Assembly (NCBI RefSeq): GCF_009834535.1
Contig: NC_045697.1
Location: forward strand, 27,654,001 to 27,714,000
Direction of reading: 5' to 3'
DNA from: Camelus ferus
Taxonomy: Eukaryota
DNA: 60,000 nucleotides
Position numbers and translations under genes: made by a program. Under the pieces are notes generated by a model, which was given only the letters and a program-made list of their open reading frames with translations, ran no database searches and had not been told where the DNA came from. This document shows positions 11,478-23,708 of this stretch, piece by piece (position 1 is the first letter of the stretch; every line of letters begins with the position of its first letter).

Positions 11478-12287
11478 TAATGTGCATTGTAGAAAAGTTA
11501 GAAAATACAGGAAAAAAAGAAAAACATTACCTATAATCCTACCATCCAGGTTTGGGATTTGCAGATACTAACTATTATATATTAAATAGATAAACAACAA
11601 GGTCCTACCTTATAGCACAGGGAACTGTATTCAATATCTTGTAATAGCCTATAATGAAAAAGTATGAAATGGAGTATGTGTGTATATGTGTATATATATA
11701 TAACTGAATCACTATGCTGTACCCTAGAAACTAACACAACATTGTAAACTGACTGTGCTTCAATTAAAAAAATTCTACCATCCAGAAATAACCAAAATTA
11801 CTATTTAATATATAGGCCTTCAGTTTTTTCTCTTTTTATGGTTTTACGAAAATAGGGAATAAGGCTATAAACACTCTTTTGTGACTGACTCTTTTCCTTC
11901 CAGTGTGCTATTCTCATTTTTCTATATTCATCTTCTTGTCACTGTACAAGTGTTCCAAAATTTATTTAATCTAATCCTTACTGTTGAACATTTGTATTTC
12001 CAATTTTTAACTGTTGTAAACAATGATACTGTGAACATGTTTGTAGATGCATCTTTGTCTGATTTTTTTCCTTAGGATTATTTCCTTTGGATAAATTCCA
12101 AAAATTGATGTGAATTGCTGGATCAAAAAGAATGTATTTTTTTAAGCTTTATATACCTATAGATAAAATGCTCTTCATAAGGGTTTTGTCAAATTTTACA
12201 CTATCACTTGCAATACATACCTTTCCCCATCACTGTCAATACTGGGAATGATCACCTTTTTAAAAATGTCTTAGTTTAGTAGGCAAT
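11478..12287 (-). mobile_element. Ancient LINE-1 3' region (L1ME-like), interrupted by a younger L1 at 11550-11770
   Basis: cattgtagaaaagttagaaaatacag...cctataatcctaccatccag and ...actgtgaacatgtttgtagatgcatctttg...gaattgctggatcaaa. Confidence 0.7.
11550..11770 (+). mobile_element. 5'-truncated cetartiodactyl/camelid L1 3' end with TSD
   Basis: aacaacaaggtcctaccttatagcacagggaactgtattcaatatc...aactaacacaacattgtaaactgac; TSD aatcctaccatccag (11535-11549) / aattctaccatccag (11771-11785). Confidence 0.92.
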
Positions 12288-12369
12288 ATGTAGATTAATT
12301 TAAATTAATTTAATAATTGATTTTGACATATTTCTATGACATCATTTCCCATTTCTAATTCTCTTAATC

Positions 12370-12557
12370 ACCTGTTATGTGCAAAACACTGGGCTAGGTA
12401 GTTTGCACATGTTAATTCTTTTAATGCTCCCAAATCCAGTATCTTCTGTTTTGTGGATAAGCAAACTACAGCTCAGAAAGGTTAACTTGCTCAAGATCAC
12501 ACAACTAGTAAACGGTCAAACTAGCCTTCATAACCAGGTCTTCCTGACTCCGAAGCG
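12370..12557 (-). mobile_element. MIR SINE
   Basis: gctcagaaaggttaacttgctcaagatcacacaactagtaaa...ccaggtcttcctgactcc. Confidence 0.8.
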
Positions 12558-12599
12558 ATCCTATAATAAATAAAGATTTTCTTAAAAAGTTCTCAAGTC

Positions 12600-13070
12600 C
12601 TAGTCAAATCAGCCAGGAACCAGTAGGAAAGAGATGGCATTATCCAAGGGATAGTAGTAGAGGGTTCATGGAAAAAACTATTCACAGGGATGTGGGGAGG
12701 GTTAAGGGACTGATCAAGGGCTGATGAAGCACTAGGGGACTATCAAAGGCAGGAAACCATGGTGATTCCAGGTCTAAAGGGGCAGGAAGAGAGATGTCTT
12801 ATGGGAACCTGGTGATATCCGTAGCCAGGGGAGAGTGGCTGCCGGACAGTGGCTGTGGCCATTGCTAGAGGAGCACAGCCACCGCCAAAGCACAGAGCAG
12901 CAAGGGCATAATAGTGCACCCAGCTCTGATCTGCTGCTGACTCCCACTGGCCAAATCCAACCAGAAGCCAGAGGACAAGAAAGCCTGCATGAGTCATCCA
13001 TGGAAACTAACCACGGGGACACCTGACAAGGGAAAGAAGGGTGGAGAATGGACCTACTGGGGCACATGAG
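12600..13070. mobile_element. Ancient LTR (LTR78/LTR79-like)
   Basis: ctcccactggccaaatccaaccagaagccagaggacaag...gaagggtggagaatggac resembles old eutherian ERV LTRs; family uncertain. Confidence 0.55.
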
Positions 13071-13147
13071 CTCTTTATTACCTTTAGAAGAGCAGAACTG
13101 TATCACCCTGTGACTAAATGTTGATACACTTTAAAACTCATGTGCAA

Positions 13148-13240
13148 GGCTGCTATGGGATTAAATACAATCATGTAGATAAAGGGCTTAGTACAGTTTG
13201 GTACATAGCAAGTACTCGATCAAAATGAGTTATTACTATT
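13148..13240 (+). mobile_element. MIR 3' end
   Basis: gggattaaatacaatcatgtagataaagggcttagtacagtttggtacatagcaagtactc...ttattactatt. Confidence 0.75.
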
Positions 13241-13414
13241 TTCACACTTAGAATTAGCACTGGACCTGGATCACTCCAGAAGATTCTTCTTATTCTTTTT
13301 TCCAATTGGCAACTCAGCCTTCAAACCACTGGCCATGAAACAAGAACAACAAGCTTCAAAAACAAAACCACCACAACAAAAAATAAAAAAAGAAAGGAAA
13401 GGAAAAAAAAAATC

Positions 13415-13765
13415 AATTTCTTCTCCTTGGGTACCCACCTGGGCACATTTCCCAAACTCCCTTGCTCTAAGCTATAGGACTGAGCTCCCCTAAAGGAGCG
13501 TGAGTGGCTGCAATGAGCAGAACTTCCAGGCCTGGCCCATAAAAGCCTTTTACATGCATCCCTCCCTGCTGTTTCCTCTTTTGCCAGCTCTATGAATGAA
13601 CGAGATATCCTCAGAATCCTTGTCTTGAGACAGAGCCCCTTGTCAGTCTGTGTCTGTGTTTGAGCAGAGCCCCCACCCCATCCAACCCCCCCTGACCTGG
13701 AATTGCCTTGGCTTCTAGTGGAAAGGGGAACTATAAGTGGATGGTGTTAAGCTACTGATACAGAG
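13415..13765 (+). mobile_element. MaLR LTR (MLT1I/MLT1J-like)
   Basis: acttccaggcctggcccataaaa...tgagcagagcccc...gttaagctactga. Confidence 0.65.
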
Positions 13766-14067
13766 AGCTTCTTCTCAATAACATCTAATGCTGTCATCAT
13801 CAAGACAAAAGACCAAACATATTAGTGCAATATTCAGACAAGGACCCAGATCAGCATTGATGGAAACTAATCAATGCACGGTGAGGCTTCTCAGGAAGGA
13901 ACGTTCCAGGTCTAGGGGCCTCAACTTTCCTTTCCCTGTTGAGAACTTAATTGTGGTTTACTTGAATTATTATGCTCTACCAAGAATCTCTATTAAAAAT
14001 CCCTGAAGACGAGCAGGTATTTCTAAAAGTGAGAGGCCTGGCACTGTGTGTCATCGTTTGATAAGGT

Positions 14068-14165
14068 TTTGGTTCACATCCAGTCCCCACTCCTTGAGAG
14101 CAGTGGACCTTGGACAAGTGACTAGACTTCTCTGAGTTCACAGGTACAAGGAATGGATAAACCAT
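14068..14165 (+). mobile_element. MIR fragment
   Basis: gaccttggacaagtgactagacttctctgag. Confidence 0.6.
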
Positions 14166-14470
14166 GTCAGACACACAGGTGGCACGCAGTGCAGGCTTGA
14201 TGAGAAAGAGAATAAAGCGAAAGGAAGAGATGGATATTCCGTCCCTCCTCTCTCTTCTGTTCAGTGAAGGTGATCTCTGATTCCTGTGGTTCCTTCTCTC
14301 TCAGAAGGAGGCTTGTGGACAGTAACTGGGAGGAAGAAGGGGACAAAGGAAGGATAAGGGCATGGTAACGGCCAGCTCCATGTCTCATTGCTTCTTCCTC
14401 TGAGGTTGACACAGACCCCGACTCCCTCAGAGAGAGCCCCTCTGGTCCACCGGTCCTCCCGAAGTATAAC

Positions 14471-14596
14471 ATGGAGGTAGAAACCAGACTTTGGGTCAGA
14501 ATGCCTGGGTTGTAATCCAGCCTGTCTCACTTACCACAGAGCTCCTCGGACAGTGCCTGGGCTAAGTGACTGCTACCGACGTTAGCTATTATTACT
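14471..14596 (+). mobile_element. MIR, internally deleted
   Basis: 5' head cagactttgggtcagaatgcctgggttgtaatcc joined to 3' tail cagtgcctgg...gttagctattatt. Confidence 0.65.
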
Positions 14597-15563
14597 GTTA
14601 GTGCCTGTCAGCAGACAGAGGCGTTCTGGACAAAGTTCCTGCCTCTCCTCCTTGGCAGATGCTGGCACTGGTCCCACCCCAAGGAGGCATCTCACCTTGA
14701 AGCTCCTGCCCCCATCCACATTCTCTATGACTGAATGTCACTAAGTCAGAAAAATTTTTTTTAATGATTTGTAAGTCTCAAAAATAGACTGGAAGAAAGG
14801 GAAAAGCTTCAGAATTACTAGGGCACCAGCCCCTGCTCTAGTCTTAGGAAGACAGTAATGGATGTGTGGATGATCTGGTTATACCAGCTTTTACCTGCAT
14901 GACCAGGCAATGCTGCCAATATCAACTTTCCCATCAGTTACATGAGGAATCATCCCACCCCATAATGACAAGACAGAGAAGTAATGACTACAAAACATTA
15001 AAATATATAAAGCTAAGAGCATCCACAGCATGATTGCAATAGGTAAAAGGACAGATTTTCAGGTATATATTCCATCAATTTAAGCTCCTGTAAACCTAAC
15101 ATCTCTTACAATGGGATGACAATATAACACGGTTAGTGGGTAAAGAAGACATGACTGCGTAGCTGCTGGGGTAAACTTGAAATTCCCTGACCTGAAGTCA
15201 TGGCGTCCTGTCACAGCAAGGACCAGGAGGAACGTTCTAGACAAATGAATGGAGACATAGAGATTATTCAGGCCCACCTACTATGTGCCAGGTGCTTAAT
15301 GGATGTCACCTCATTTAATCGTCACTAAATCTATGTTTTACAGACAGCTTGCAGGAAACCATCTGTTCCTGTGACGAAAGCATGCCTCAGGAATTACAAT
15401 GACCTGGATTTACAGCTGCACTTTGCCACTTTTCAGCTGTTTGATTTTTAGAAATGTTACGGAGCCTCTCTGAGTCTGGGAGGAGAAAAAGGGCTAACAT
15501 ATGTAAAACTCCGGTAAATAATAGGTACCTAATCAATAGGATTTTTTCCCCTCTTGCTTCTGT

Positions 15564-15749
15564 TAGTGGTTTTCAACTTTGGCTGCATGTTACAATCGCT
15601 TGAAGAGCTTTAAAAAATGCTCTTGACTGAGTCCTTCCTTCGGAGGGTTAGATTTAATTAGTCCAGGGTGCCTCCTGGCCATGGGCGTGGGGATTTTTAA
15701 AAGCTCCCCCAGGGAACATCTAAAGTGAAGCCAAGGTTGAAAACCACTT
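15564..15749. mobile_element. MER5A-like hAT-Charlie MITE
   Basis: Terminal inverted repeats agtggttttcaactttggct / agccaaggttgaaaaccact (19/20 match); internal ggatttttaaaagctcccc. Confidence 0.88.
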
Positions 15750-16198
15750 GTCTTAATTGAATCCGGTGTCCAGAGGGAGTTAGTGAGTGATGCGGGGACC
15801 ATATTGGGCCGAGGTATCAAAACCGGGAATTCTGGGAACTGCTGACACTCCCTCTGCCATTCAGGGAGAGGACGCAGAAAGCCTGGGCTCCCTCCGCTGA
15901 GCCTCCTCCAAAACAGCCGATTTATGCAGAGGAAGGAAAGGCCAGACTGGTGGTTTTATCTTGATAAAGGATACCATTTGGGGAAACCAATTCTTTGGAA
16001 CAAAGTATATGAGTCAAAGAGCCTGTGGGTGTAATTCTTCAAACCAAATGCATGTTCCAGGAACCAAGATAAGTCAGTCTTGCTGTCATAACGGAGGTCT
16101 GAGATGCTGGATCCTGCACAGTGGCTGTGTGACACTTCAAGCAAGTTCTCTAACTCTCACTGAGCTTCAGTTTTCCCATGTCTTAAGGACATGACTAC

Positions 16199-16469
16199 TT
16201 TTTTTTTTTTGGACATATAGTTGATTTTCAATATTGTGTTAGTTTCTGGGGTACAGCAAAGTGATTCAGTTATACATATAGACATATGATTTTTCATATT
16301 CTTTCCTGTTATGGTTTATTACAGGATATTGAATATAGTCCCCTGTGCTATATAGTAAGGCTTTGTTGTTTATTTTACATATTCGTAGTTTGTATCTGCT
16401 AATCCCAAACTCCTAATTTATCCCTTTCCCATCCCCTTTACCCTTTGGTAACCATGAGTTTGTTTTCTA
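16199..16469 (-). mobile_element. 5'-truncated cetartiodactyl L1 3' end
   Basis: Poly-T then atagttgattttcaatattgtgttagtttctggggtacagcaaagtgattcag...ggatattgaatatagtcccctgtgctat...ggtaaccatgagtttg. Confidence 0.9.
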
Positions 16470-17001
16470 GGGACAGGGCCATTTTTAAGGAGAACTACCT
16501 GAAAACTTGAACTTCTCAGGAAAAAAAGGTTATATCCATTCTTACCCATAATTTTATATCCATTTTACATTTACCAAAGTTCATGAACCACATTAATTTT
16601 TTCCTAAATAGATAATCCCTAAAAACCTTCCAAATTTATAAAATTATTTTTCTCCAATTAAAAGATTATTTAAGGTTCTGTTGTGTGGGTGGGCTCTACT
16701 GGGGGGCTGCTGAAGGGAGAGGGGCTTCGAGGAGGGGATGTATCTGAGCAGGAGCTAACAGTGCTGGACCTCTGCAGAGAGTGAGTCATTTCAAAGACCT
16801 TGGGTCTAGGCAGCCCCATCAAGTAGCTAAAAAAAACCTTCTCAGGAAAAAGAATCGGCCAAAGAATTACAACCCTAACTCTTTTTTCTGGAATAAATGT
16901 TTTTCAAAGTCTAGGTTAGAAAATCCACATTTCATTATCTTGATGGAAAGCACACAGCTCTTCGGACCAGTGAAGTTGGCTGGAAAAAGGAACCCGAGCA
17001 C

Positions 17002-17150
17002 TTGAATCCCACTCCTTCCAGCAGCTCATTGTGGATTCCCCACCGGGCCAGGGGCTTCACCTCTCAGTGCCCCCGCCTGTAACAGGCAGATAACAGCGCT
17101 AACCTCACAGGGCTGGTATGAGGAATGGCTAATAAAATGTGATAGCGACA
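17002..17150 (+). mobile_element. MIR fragment
   Basis: ttgaatccc...cttcacctctcagtgcc...aacctcacagggctggtatgagga. Confidence 0.6.
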
Positions 17151-17297
17151 CGCCCAATTTAAATGCAAACGGCTGTAAAACAACAAAAAGCGTATTTAAA
17201 GATTTCCACTGCTGGGAGATTACGGGGGTGGTGAAGGGGAGAGACAATAGGGCTTTGAGAGTACCTCATTTACTTTGCTCTCTAGTGTACACTTCAG

Positions 17298-17392
17298 TTA
17301 GTCAATGAAAATATATTATTCCGTGTGCCAGACACTGTGCCAGACTGGGAAATACAGAACAGTCTTGGTTCTCATGTGACTTGTAGTCAGTC
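17298..17392 (-). mobile_element. L2 3' end fragment
   Basis: gtgtgccagacactgtgccagactgggaaatacag. Confidence 0.6.
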
Positions 17393-18315
17393 ACTCCAGG
17401 AAAGACATGTAAAACCCCACTGAAAAATATTCTAAATCACAGCGATCCCCTCCACCCCACCCTGTCCAATATTTACCAAATTCTGTCTGCATAAGAGAGT
17501 GCTAGAGCTATGGGAAATGCAAAGCTTGTAAGATGGATCACTACCCTTGGAGAGTCTGAAATCTCACCTTAAAAAAAAGAGTTTAGAAAAGGGGAAAATA
17601 GCCCAATGTAAGATAAGATCCAATGTCAAGTGAATATTCAGCCTCTTCTTTCATTTGTGTTTCTTTTCCATTTGAGTGGTTCCCTTCTCCACCCTTCTCT
17701 TCTTAAGAATCTCTTCTACACTTCTCTCTGATTTCTAGGTCTCTCTTAGGACTGTTGTAAACCAACTAACATATTTGCAACATTATAAATGGCAGGACCT
17801 AGAAAGTGCATGCCTTATCAAAGCATTCAGATTCATTTTCTGTATTACACGGTTACTTACATGCAATAAAATGCTCAGATTCTAAGTATACAGTTGAATG
17901 AGTTTTTGACCAACATATGCACTCTTATTAACATATAGAATATTTTTATCCCTGGGGAAGTTTTTCTTGCGTCCCCTTTCATCAATTTTTCCCCATCTAG
18001 AGGCAATTGTGTTCTGATCTCCATCATCGTAGCTTAGTTTTACCCGCAGGTCTTCATATACATGGAATTATACTGTGTGTACTCTTTATGTCTAACTTCT
18101 TTGATGCAGCATAATGGTTTTGAAATTCATCCTTTTTTGTTGTATGTATCAGTGGTGTGTTTGTTTTTACTGCTGAGTAGTATTTCTTTGTGTGAGTATA
18201 CTGGACTTTGGTTTATCCATTCAGTTGTTGAAGTTTTGGCCATTATGACAGAGTTGTTGTAAATATTCTTAAACAAGTCTTTTTGTGGACATATGTGGTT
18301 CCTCCCCCGCCCCAA

Positions 18316-18828
18316 GCTTTACTGAGATATAATTGATGTAATATGGTGTAAGTTTAAGGTATACAATGTGATAATTTGATACACTTATACATTTTGAAAT
18401 GATTATCACAGTAAGGTTAGTTAACACCTCCATCACCTCATATAATTACTGGTTCTTTTTTGTGTGTGTGAAGAGAACATGTAAGATCTACTCTTTTAGC
18501 AATTTTCAAGGATATAATAAAATATTGCTAACTAATATCACCATCTTGTACATTACACTCATAGAACTTATTCGTCTTATAGCTGGAAGGTTATACCCTT
18601 GGACCAACATCTCCTCACTTCCCCACCCCCCAGTTCCTGGTAACCACTATTCTACTCTCTGTTTCTATGAATTTGGATTTTTAAAATTCCACATATAAGT
18701 GATATCATACAGTGTTTGTCTTTTTCTGACTTATTTCACTTCGCATATTATCACAAATGACAGAATTTCCCTCCTTATCATGGCCAATTAATGTATACCA
18801 CATCTTTATCCATTCATCTATTCATCTG
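18316..18828 (-). mobile_element. L1MA9-like 3' end
   Basis: gctttactgagatataattg...gtttaaggtatacaatgtgataatttgatac...aaggttagttaacacctccatcacctca. Confidence 0.85.
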
Positions 18829-19077
18829 TCTAAGAAATTTTGTCTACCCTTACCCTAAGATATTCTCTATATTCTATCTTGAATTACTTTTAGTGGCTGA
18901 TATGACAAGGGTCTTCTAGCACCATTTCTTAGAAAGACTATCCTTGAATTATAATGGTCCCTTTATCAAAAGTCAATTGGTTGTAAATGTGGGTCAGTTT
19001 CTGGATTCTCCTGTTCTCCATTGATCTACTTGTCAATCCTTACATCAGTACTACACTATAAGTTAAAAGTAAGTCTT

Positions 19078-19627
19078 TGTCATCTATTGCTGCATAACAA
19101 ATTATCCCCAAATTTAGCAGTGTAAAACAACAAACACTTATTATTTCACATCGTTTCTGGCGGTCGGGAATCTGAGAGCAACTAAACTGAGTGGTTCTGC
19201 CTCAGGATCTCTCTTGAAGTTGCAGTCAAGCTATTGGCTATTGGCTCAGGTTACAGTCTTTTGAAGGCTGGGCTGCAAAGTCTGCTTCCAAGCTCACTAA
19301 TGTGGCTGCCGACAGAGTCCTCAGTTCCTGACTGGCTGGTGGCCATGAGCTTCAGTTCCTCATCATATGGGCCTCCCCCTATTCATGACAGAGAGACTGG
19401 CTTTTCTCAGAACAAGTGATCAAAGACAGAATAAGAGAGAGGAAGAGAGGGAGAGAGAGAGATCACAGTGTCTTTCATAACTCAATCTAGGAAGCAACAT
19501 ACCATCGCTTCTGCCATCTACTCTTGGCCACACAGACCAACCCTGCTACCATCTGGGAAGGGACCACACCAGGATAATGTCAGGAAGTGGGGCTCATTGG
19601 GGACCATTTTATATGCTGCTTACTATC
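19078..19627 (-). mobile_element. MaLR LTR (MLT1F-like)
   Basis: tctattgctgcataacaaattatccccaaatttagcagtgtaaaacaacaaac...ggctcattggggaccatttt; splits the L1 sequence aagtctt|gaaatc. Confidence 0.85.
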
Positions 19628-20230
19628 CTGAAATCACAGTCTTGGAAACATGTGGTATAAGTCATCTACCTTAGTTTTTCTTTTTAAAGATCATTTTGGC
19701 AACTCTAGATCCTTTGCATTTTTATATAAATTTTAGAATAAGCTTGTTGATTTCTAAAAGCTATCCTGCTGGGATTTTCATGGGATGGCACTGAATCTAT
19801 AATCAATTTGGGGATTGTTAACATCTCATCAATTTGGAATCTTCAAGTATGTGAATATGGTATTTCTCTCTATTTTTTCATTTTCAATGTAGAGGGACTG
19901 AATTAATTTATGATGACTATTATTAATGCATATTTCATTAATTTGTTTCTAGATATGTTATGTTTTCTGAAAATACGTTAAAAAATTTTAAACGATTTCT
20001 ACTGATTGTTGCTACCACATAGAAACAAAACTGATTTTTTTATATTGTTATGGGTTGAATTGTGTAACCAACTTGCAAATTTGCTAAATTCACTTATCAG
20101 TTCTGCTAGTTAGTCTATAAATTCCTTAGGACTTTCTAGGTGAGCAACAAACTATGTTAAAACTAGTTTTCTTCTTTTTCAATGTTTATCCCTTTCATTT
20201 CTTTTTCTTGCCTTCTAGTACTATCTAGCA

Positions 20231-20420
20231 CAGGAGTCAAAAAAGATTTTCTGTAAAGCGCCTGGTAGTCAATATTTTAGGTTTTGCAGGCCATGTGGTC
20301 TCTGTCCCAACTCTGCTATTGTAGCCCCAAAGCAGCCATAGAAAATATGTAAATGAACATAAGTGACTGTGTTCCAATAAAATATTATTTCCAAAACTGT
20401 ATGACCAGGCTGGGCCAAGA
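20231..20420. mobile_element. MER58A hAT-Charlie element
   Basis: caggagtc...ttttctgtaaag...aatattttaggttttgcaggccatgtggtctctgtcccaact...tgtgttccaataaaa. Confidence 0.88.
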
Positions 20421-20429
20421 GCCATTGCT

Positions 20430-20768
20430 TAACAGTGTTAAGGTCATGAAAGTTAAGGAAAGACTAAGGAACTTGTTTTCAATTGAAGATGACAGAAGAG
20501 ACATGACAATTCAACATATCATGTGATCGTGAATCAGATCCTTTTGCTATACAGGATGTTATTGAGATAATTGGTGGAACTAGAGTGGGTCTAAGGATTA
20601 GATGGTGGTGATGTGCCAGTGTTAATATTCTGATTTGTATGTTGTGACTCATGACTTTGTTTAGAAGAAAATTGCACTCAGATATCAAAGGTGGTGGCGC
20701 ATTATGTTGGCAGCTCACTTTCAATTGGTTCAGAAAAAAAAAAGTTCTTTGTGTTGTTGTTGCAAAAC
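20430..20768 (+). mobile_element. L1MC4-like 3' end
   Basis: gtcatgaaagttaaggaaagactaaggaac...gagacatgacaatt...ctcactttcaattggttcagaaaa. Confidence 0.75.
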
Positions 20769-21064
20769 AAAAATGTATTATTGGGCCAGATAGCGTGAAG
20801 AGCAATTGTAGGTCCAAGGCGTACAAGAAAAAGCCAGAGACCTGTCAGAATATCTCAACATCCAAATGTGAGATTTGGGTTCTGGGTGGAGAGCTAGGCA
20901 TTGCCTATACTCTCATATAGTTTATATATATTTTACCTTTAAACCACTAAATAAAAATAGATTAGTGTCCTTGCTACATATTACTAAGTATCCTGACCCT
21001 TTAAGGTGAATTATGAATAGTCTCAAATTAGGTCAAATAAACAGAGCTCTGAATTAGTAAAAGG

Positions 21065-21220
21065 TCTTTTATATATCATATATCACTGCATCCCCAGAAT
21101 AACCAGGAAGAATTATTAACCCACTTTTACAGATGAAAAACCCAAAGTTATTAACAGCAGAGAAGCAGCTATCCGGACCCAACCCAGAACTCTGATGGGA
21201 GTCCTGGGCTCTTTCCATTA
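21065..21220 (-). mobile_element. MIR fragment
   Basis: attattaacccacttttacagatgaaaaa...aacccag...gctctttcca. Confidence 0.6.
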
Positions 21221-21600
21221 ATCACAAATGACCCAGTTTTGCCCAATATTTACTCCTCTGGGTAAATTACCTAAAATGATACTATCTCTAAGGATCAGAA
21301 GGGACCTTCAAAGTTCTGTATGTAGTTCAACTTCCAATCAGAGCGTTTAAGGCCCCCATATGTGCATAACGTAGTGTGGAATGCATACTTTATAAAGACT
21401 ATTTCCTTTATAGTGTGGAAATATAATGAGTCAATGTGTGGAAAAGACCTCTGAAAACACTTAAGCTCCAAACTATAGTAACATACTATTATTTAGCTCT
21501 CCAATTTAGCTACACTTTCATTTACTTCTTAAGAGCACTTTCATGGGTTTCTCCTAATTCCTTACTCTTTGCCCTCAAAAATCCCTTTATCAAATCCTCA

Positions 21601-22320
21601 TTTTTTTTTTATTGTGGTAAAAATATGTAACATAAAGTTTACCACTTTTAAGTGTACTGTTTGGTGGTGTAAATACAGTCACATGGTTGCATAACCATCA
21701 CCACCAACCATCTCCAGAATTTTTTCCTCTTCCCTAACTGAAACTCTGTACCCAGTAAACAATAACTCTCCATTCCCCCTCCCTCTGGTCCCTGGCAGCC
21801 ACCATTCTACTTTCTGTCTCTATGAATTTGACTACTCTAGATAGATACTCACATAAATGGAATCGTACACTATTTGTGCTTTTGGGGCTGGCTTATTTTA
21901 CTCAGCATGGTGTCCTTAATCCCCACGTTGTAGCATGTGTCAGAATTTTCTTCACAAGTGGACAGTATTATATTGTGTATATATACCACATTTTGTTTAT
22001 CCGTTCATCTATCGATGGACTTTTGTGTTGTTTCACCTTTTGGCTATTGTGAATAATACTGCTATGAACATGTGGGAACAAATATTTGAGTCCCTGTTTT
22101 TGATTCTTTTGGATATACACCCAAAGATGGAATCATTTTCTATGGTAATTCCACATTTAATTTTTTGAGGAAACATCATATCATTTTTCATAGTGGCTAC
22201 ATTATCTTACATTCTCACCAGTGGTACACAAGTGTTCCAATTTCTTCACATTCTCACCAACATCTGTCATTTTCTGTTTTTTTGATAAAAGCCATCTTAC
22301 TGGGTGTCTCATTTTGATTC
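21601..22320 (-). mobile_element. L1MB-like 3' end and ORF2 C-terminal remnant
   Basis: tttattgtggtaaaaatatgtaacataaagtttacc...aactgaaactctgtaccc...ccctggcagccaccattctactttctgtctctatgaatttgactactctag. Confidence 0.9.
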
Positions 22321-22332
22321 TTGAATACCTAC

Positions 22333-22791
22333 TGTTATGGGTTGAATTGTGGAATCTCAATGAAGAGATGTTGAAGTCCTTACCCCTGGTACCACAAAAT
22401 GTGATCTGATTTGGAAACAGGGTCATTGCAGATGCAGTTAGTTCAAATGATGTCATACTACAGCAGGATGGACCCCTAATCCAGTATGATTGGTGACCTT
22501 ATAAGATGATGGTCCTGTGAAGACACACAGATAGAACGCCATGTGGCTACAGAGGCAGAGACTGGAGTTATGTAGCGTCAAACCAAGAAATACCAAAGAT
22601 TGCCAGCAGGTCACCAGAAGCCATAATGCGGCAAAGGCAGATTCCTACATAGTTTTCAGAGGGAGCACAGCCCTGCTGACACCTTGATTTTGAACTTCTA
22701 ACCTCCACTACTAGGAGGCAATGAATTTCTGGTTTAAAAAACTGGTAAGCCAGTTTGCAGTACTTTGTGGTAACAGCTCTAGAAACTACTA
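22333..22791 (+). mobile_element. MaLR solo LTR (MLT1C-like)
   Basis: tgttatgggttgaattgtg...ttggaaacagggtcattgcagatg...cagagggagcacagccctgctgacaccttgattttg; possible TSD cctac/ccgac. Confidence 0.9.
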
Positions 22792-22927
22792 CCGACACCT
22801 TACCCTTGGGGTCCAACTATCATATCCCCTCGGGTCCCCTACCACCTCCCTCTCGGTTCTCATGAATCTGGTTCTTTGACTGCTCTGCCCTGACCTTCCC
22901 ACCTTCTCCTCTTTTTACACTCAAAAA

Positions 22928-23000
22928 GTTCATTCAGTAAATATGGATGGAGGCCCTACTATGTGACAAGTGCTGTTCAAGGGGCTGGGGATATTGTAGC
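22928..23000 (-). mobile_element. L2 3' end fragment
   Basis: ttcattcagtaaatat...cctactatgtgacaagtgctgttcaaggggctggggata. Confidence 0.65.
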
Positions 23001-23708
23001 ATCTTTAAAGCCTTTTTTTTTTTTTCCCCTCTTAATGATGATGCAAAATTTTGGCTGCTTTTCTTACTATTTCTCCTAAATTTTTAATAAATTTCAAGAA
23101 AACATTTTATATTTCCACCATTTTTTTATCCTCTTTCCAAAACTCTAAAAAATATCTTCCTCCACTTTTAGACCAGGTTTAGAACATTCACACATAAAAT
23201 GACACTTTTAATTTCATAGCTCCATTTCATCAGATGGAAATTGCAGCATGTTAGAATTATGGAAATAAGCTCTATTATATCTCACATCTTTTCCTCAAAC
23301 ATGATGTGCTATGACTTCATGCAGCCTTTGATTAGTATTCATGTGAACAAAATTGAATGCTTTATAAAATAGATATTAATATTTATTTCCTTTTTTATCT
23401 CCCTTGCTAATTAAAGTTCAGGTGGTCCCTCGCTCCCAGATTAAGCCTGTAAGATGGAAAACTCACCATCTGACTACTTGTCCTTTAGGTGAAGCAGCAG
23501 TGAAGAAACTGGGCGTGGGGGACCAGAATGGGGATGAAGTGTGCAGAGATAGCTTGAGATTCACAGATCTGGGTGTTCTGCTTTTCCCGCTGTTCCTCCT
23601 ACACAGTTTTGAGTTCCCTCTGAAATTTGAACAGAAAGGTAAGATACTCAGTCTGAACACTGGACTTTCTGAGGTAACAGTGAGAAGTCAAAATATTGAG
23701 AAGGAACT

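Larger units (their letters stand above)
17835..20228 (-). mobile_element. Old LINE-1 (L1ME/L1MB-like) 3' UTR and ORF2 remnant, split by L1MA9-like and MLT1F-like inserts
   Basis: gtatacagttgaatgagtttttgac...; ctagcaccatttcttagaaagactatcc; cctttgcatttttatataaattttagaataagcttg are reverse-complement L1 3' UTR/ORF2 segments. Confidence 0.8.

Noticed and set aside
16187..16482. TSD around the L1 stub at 16199-16469
   Set aside because: Only 8/12 identity (ggacatgactac / ggacagggccat); too weak to assert
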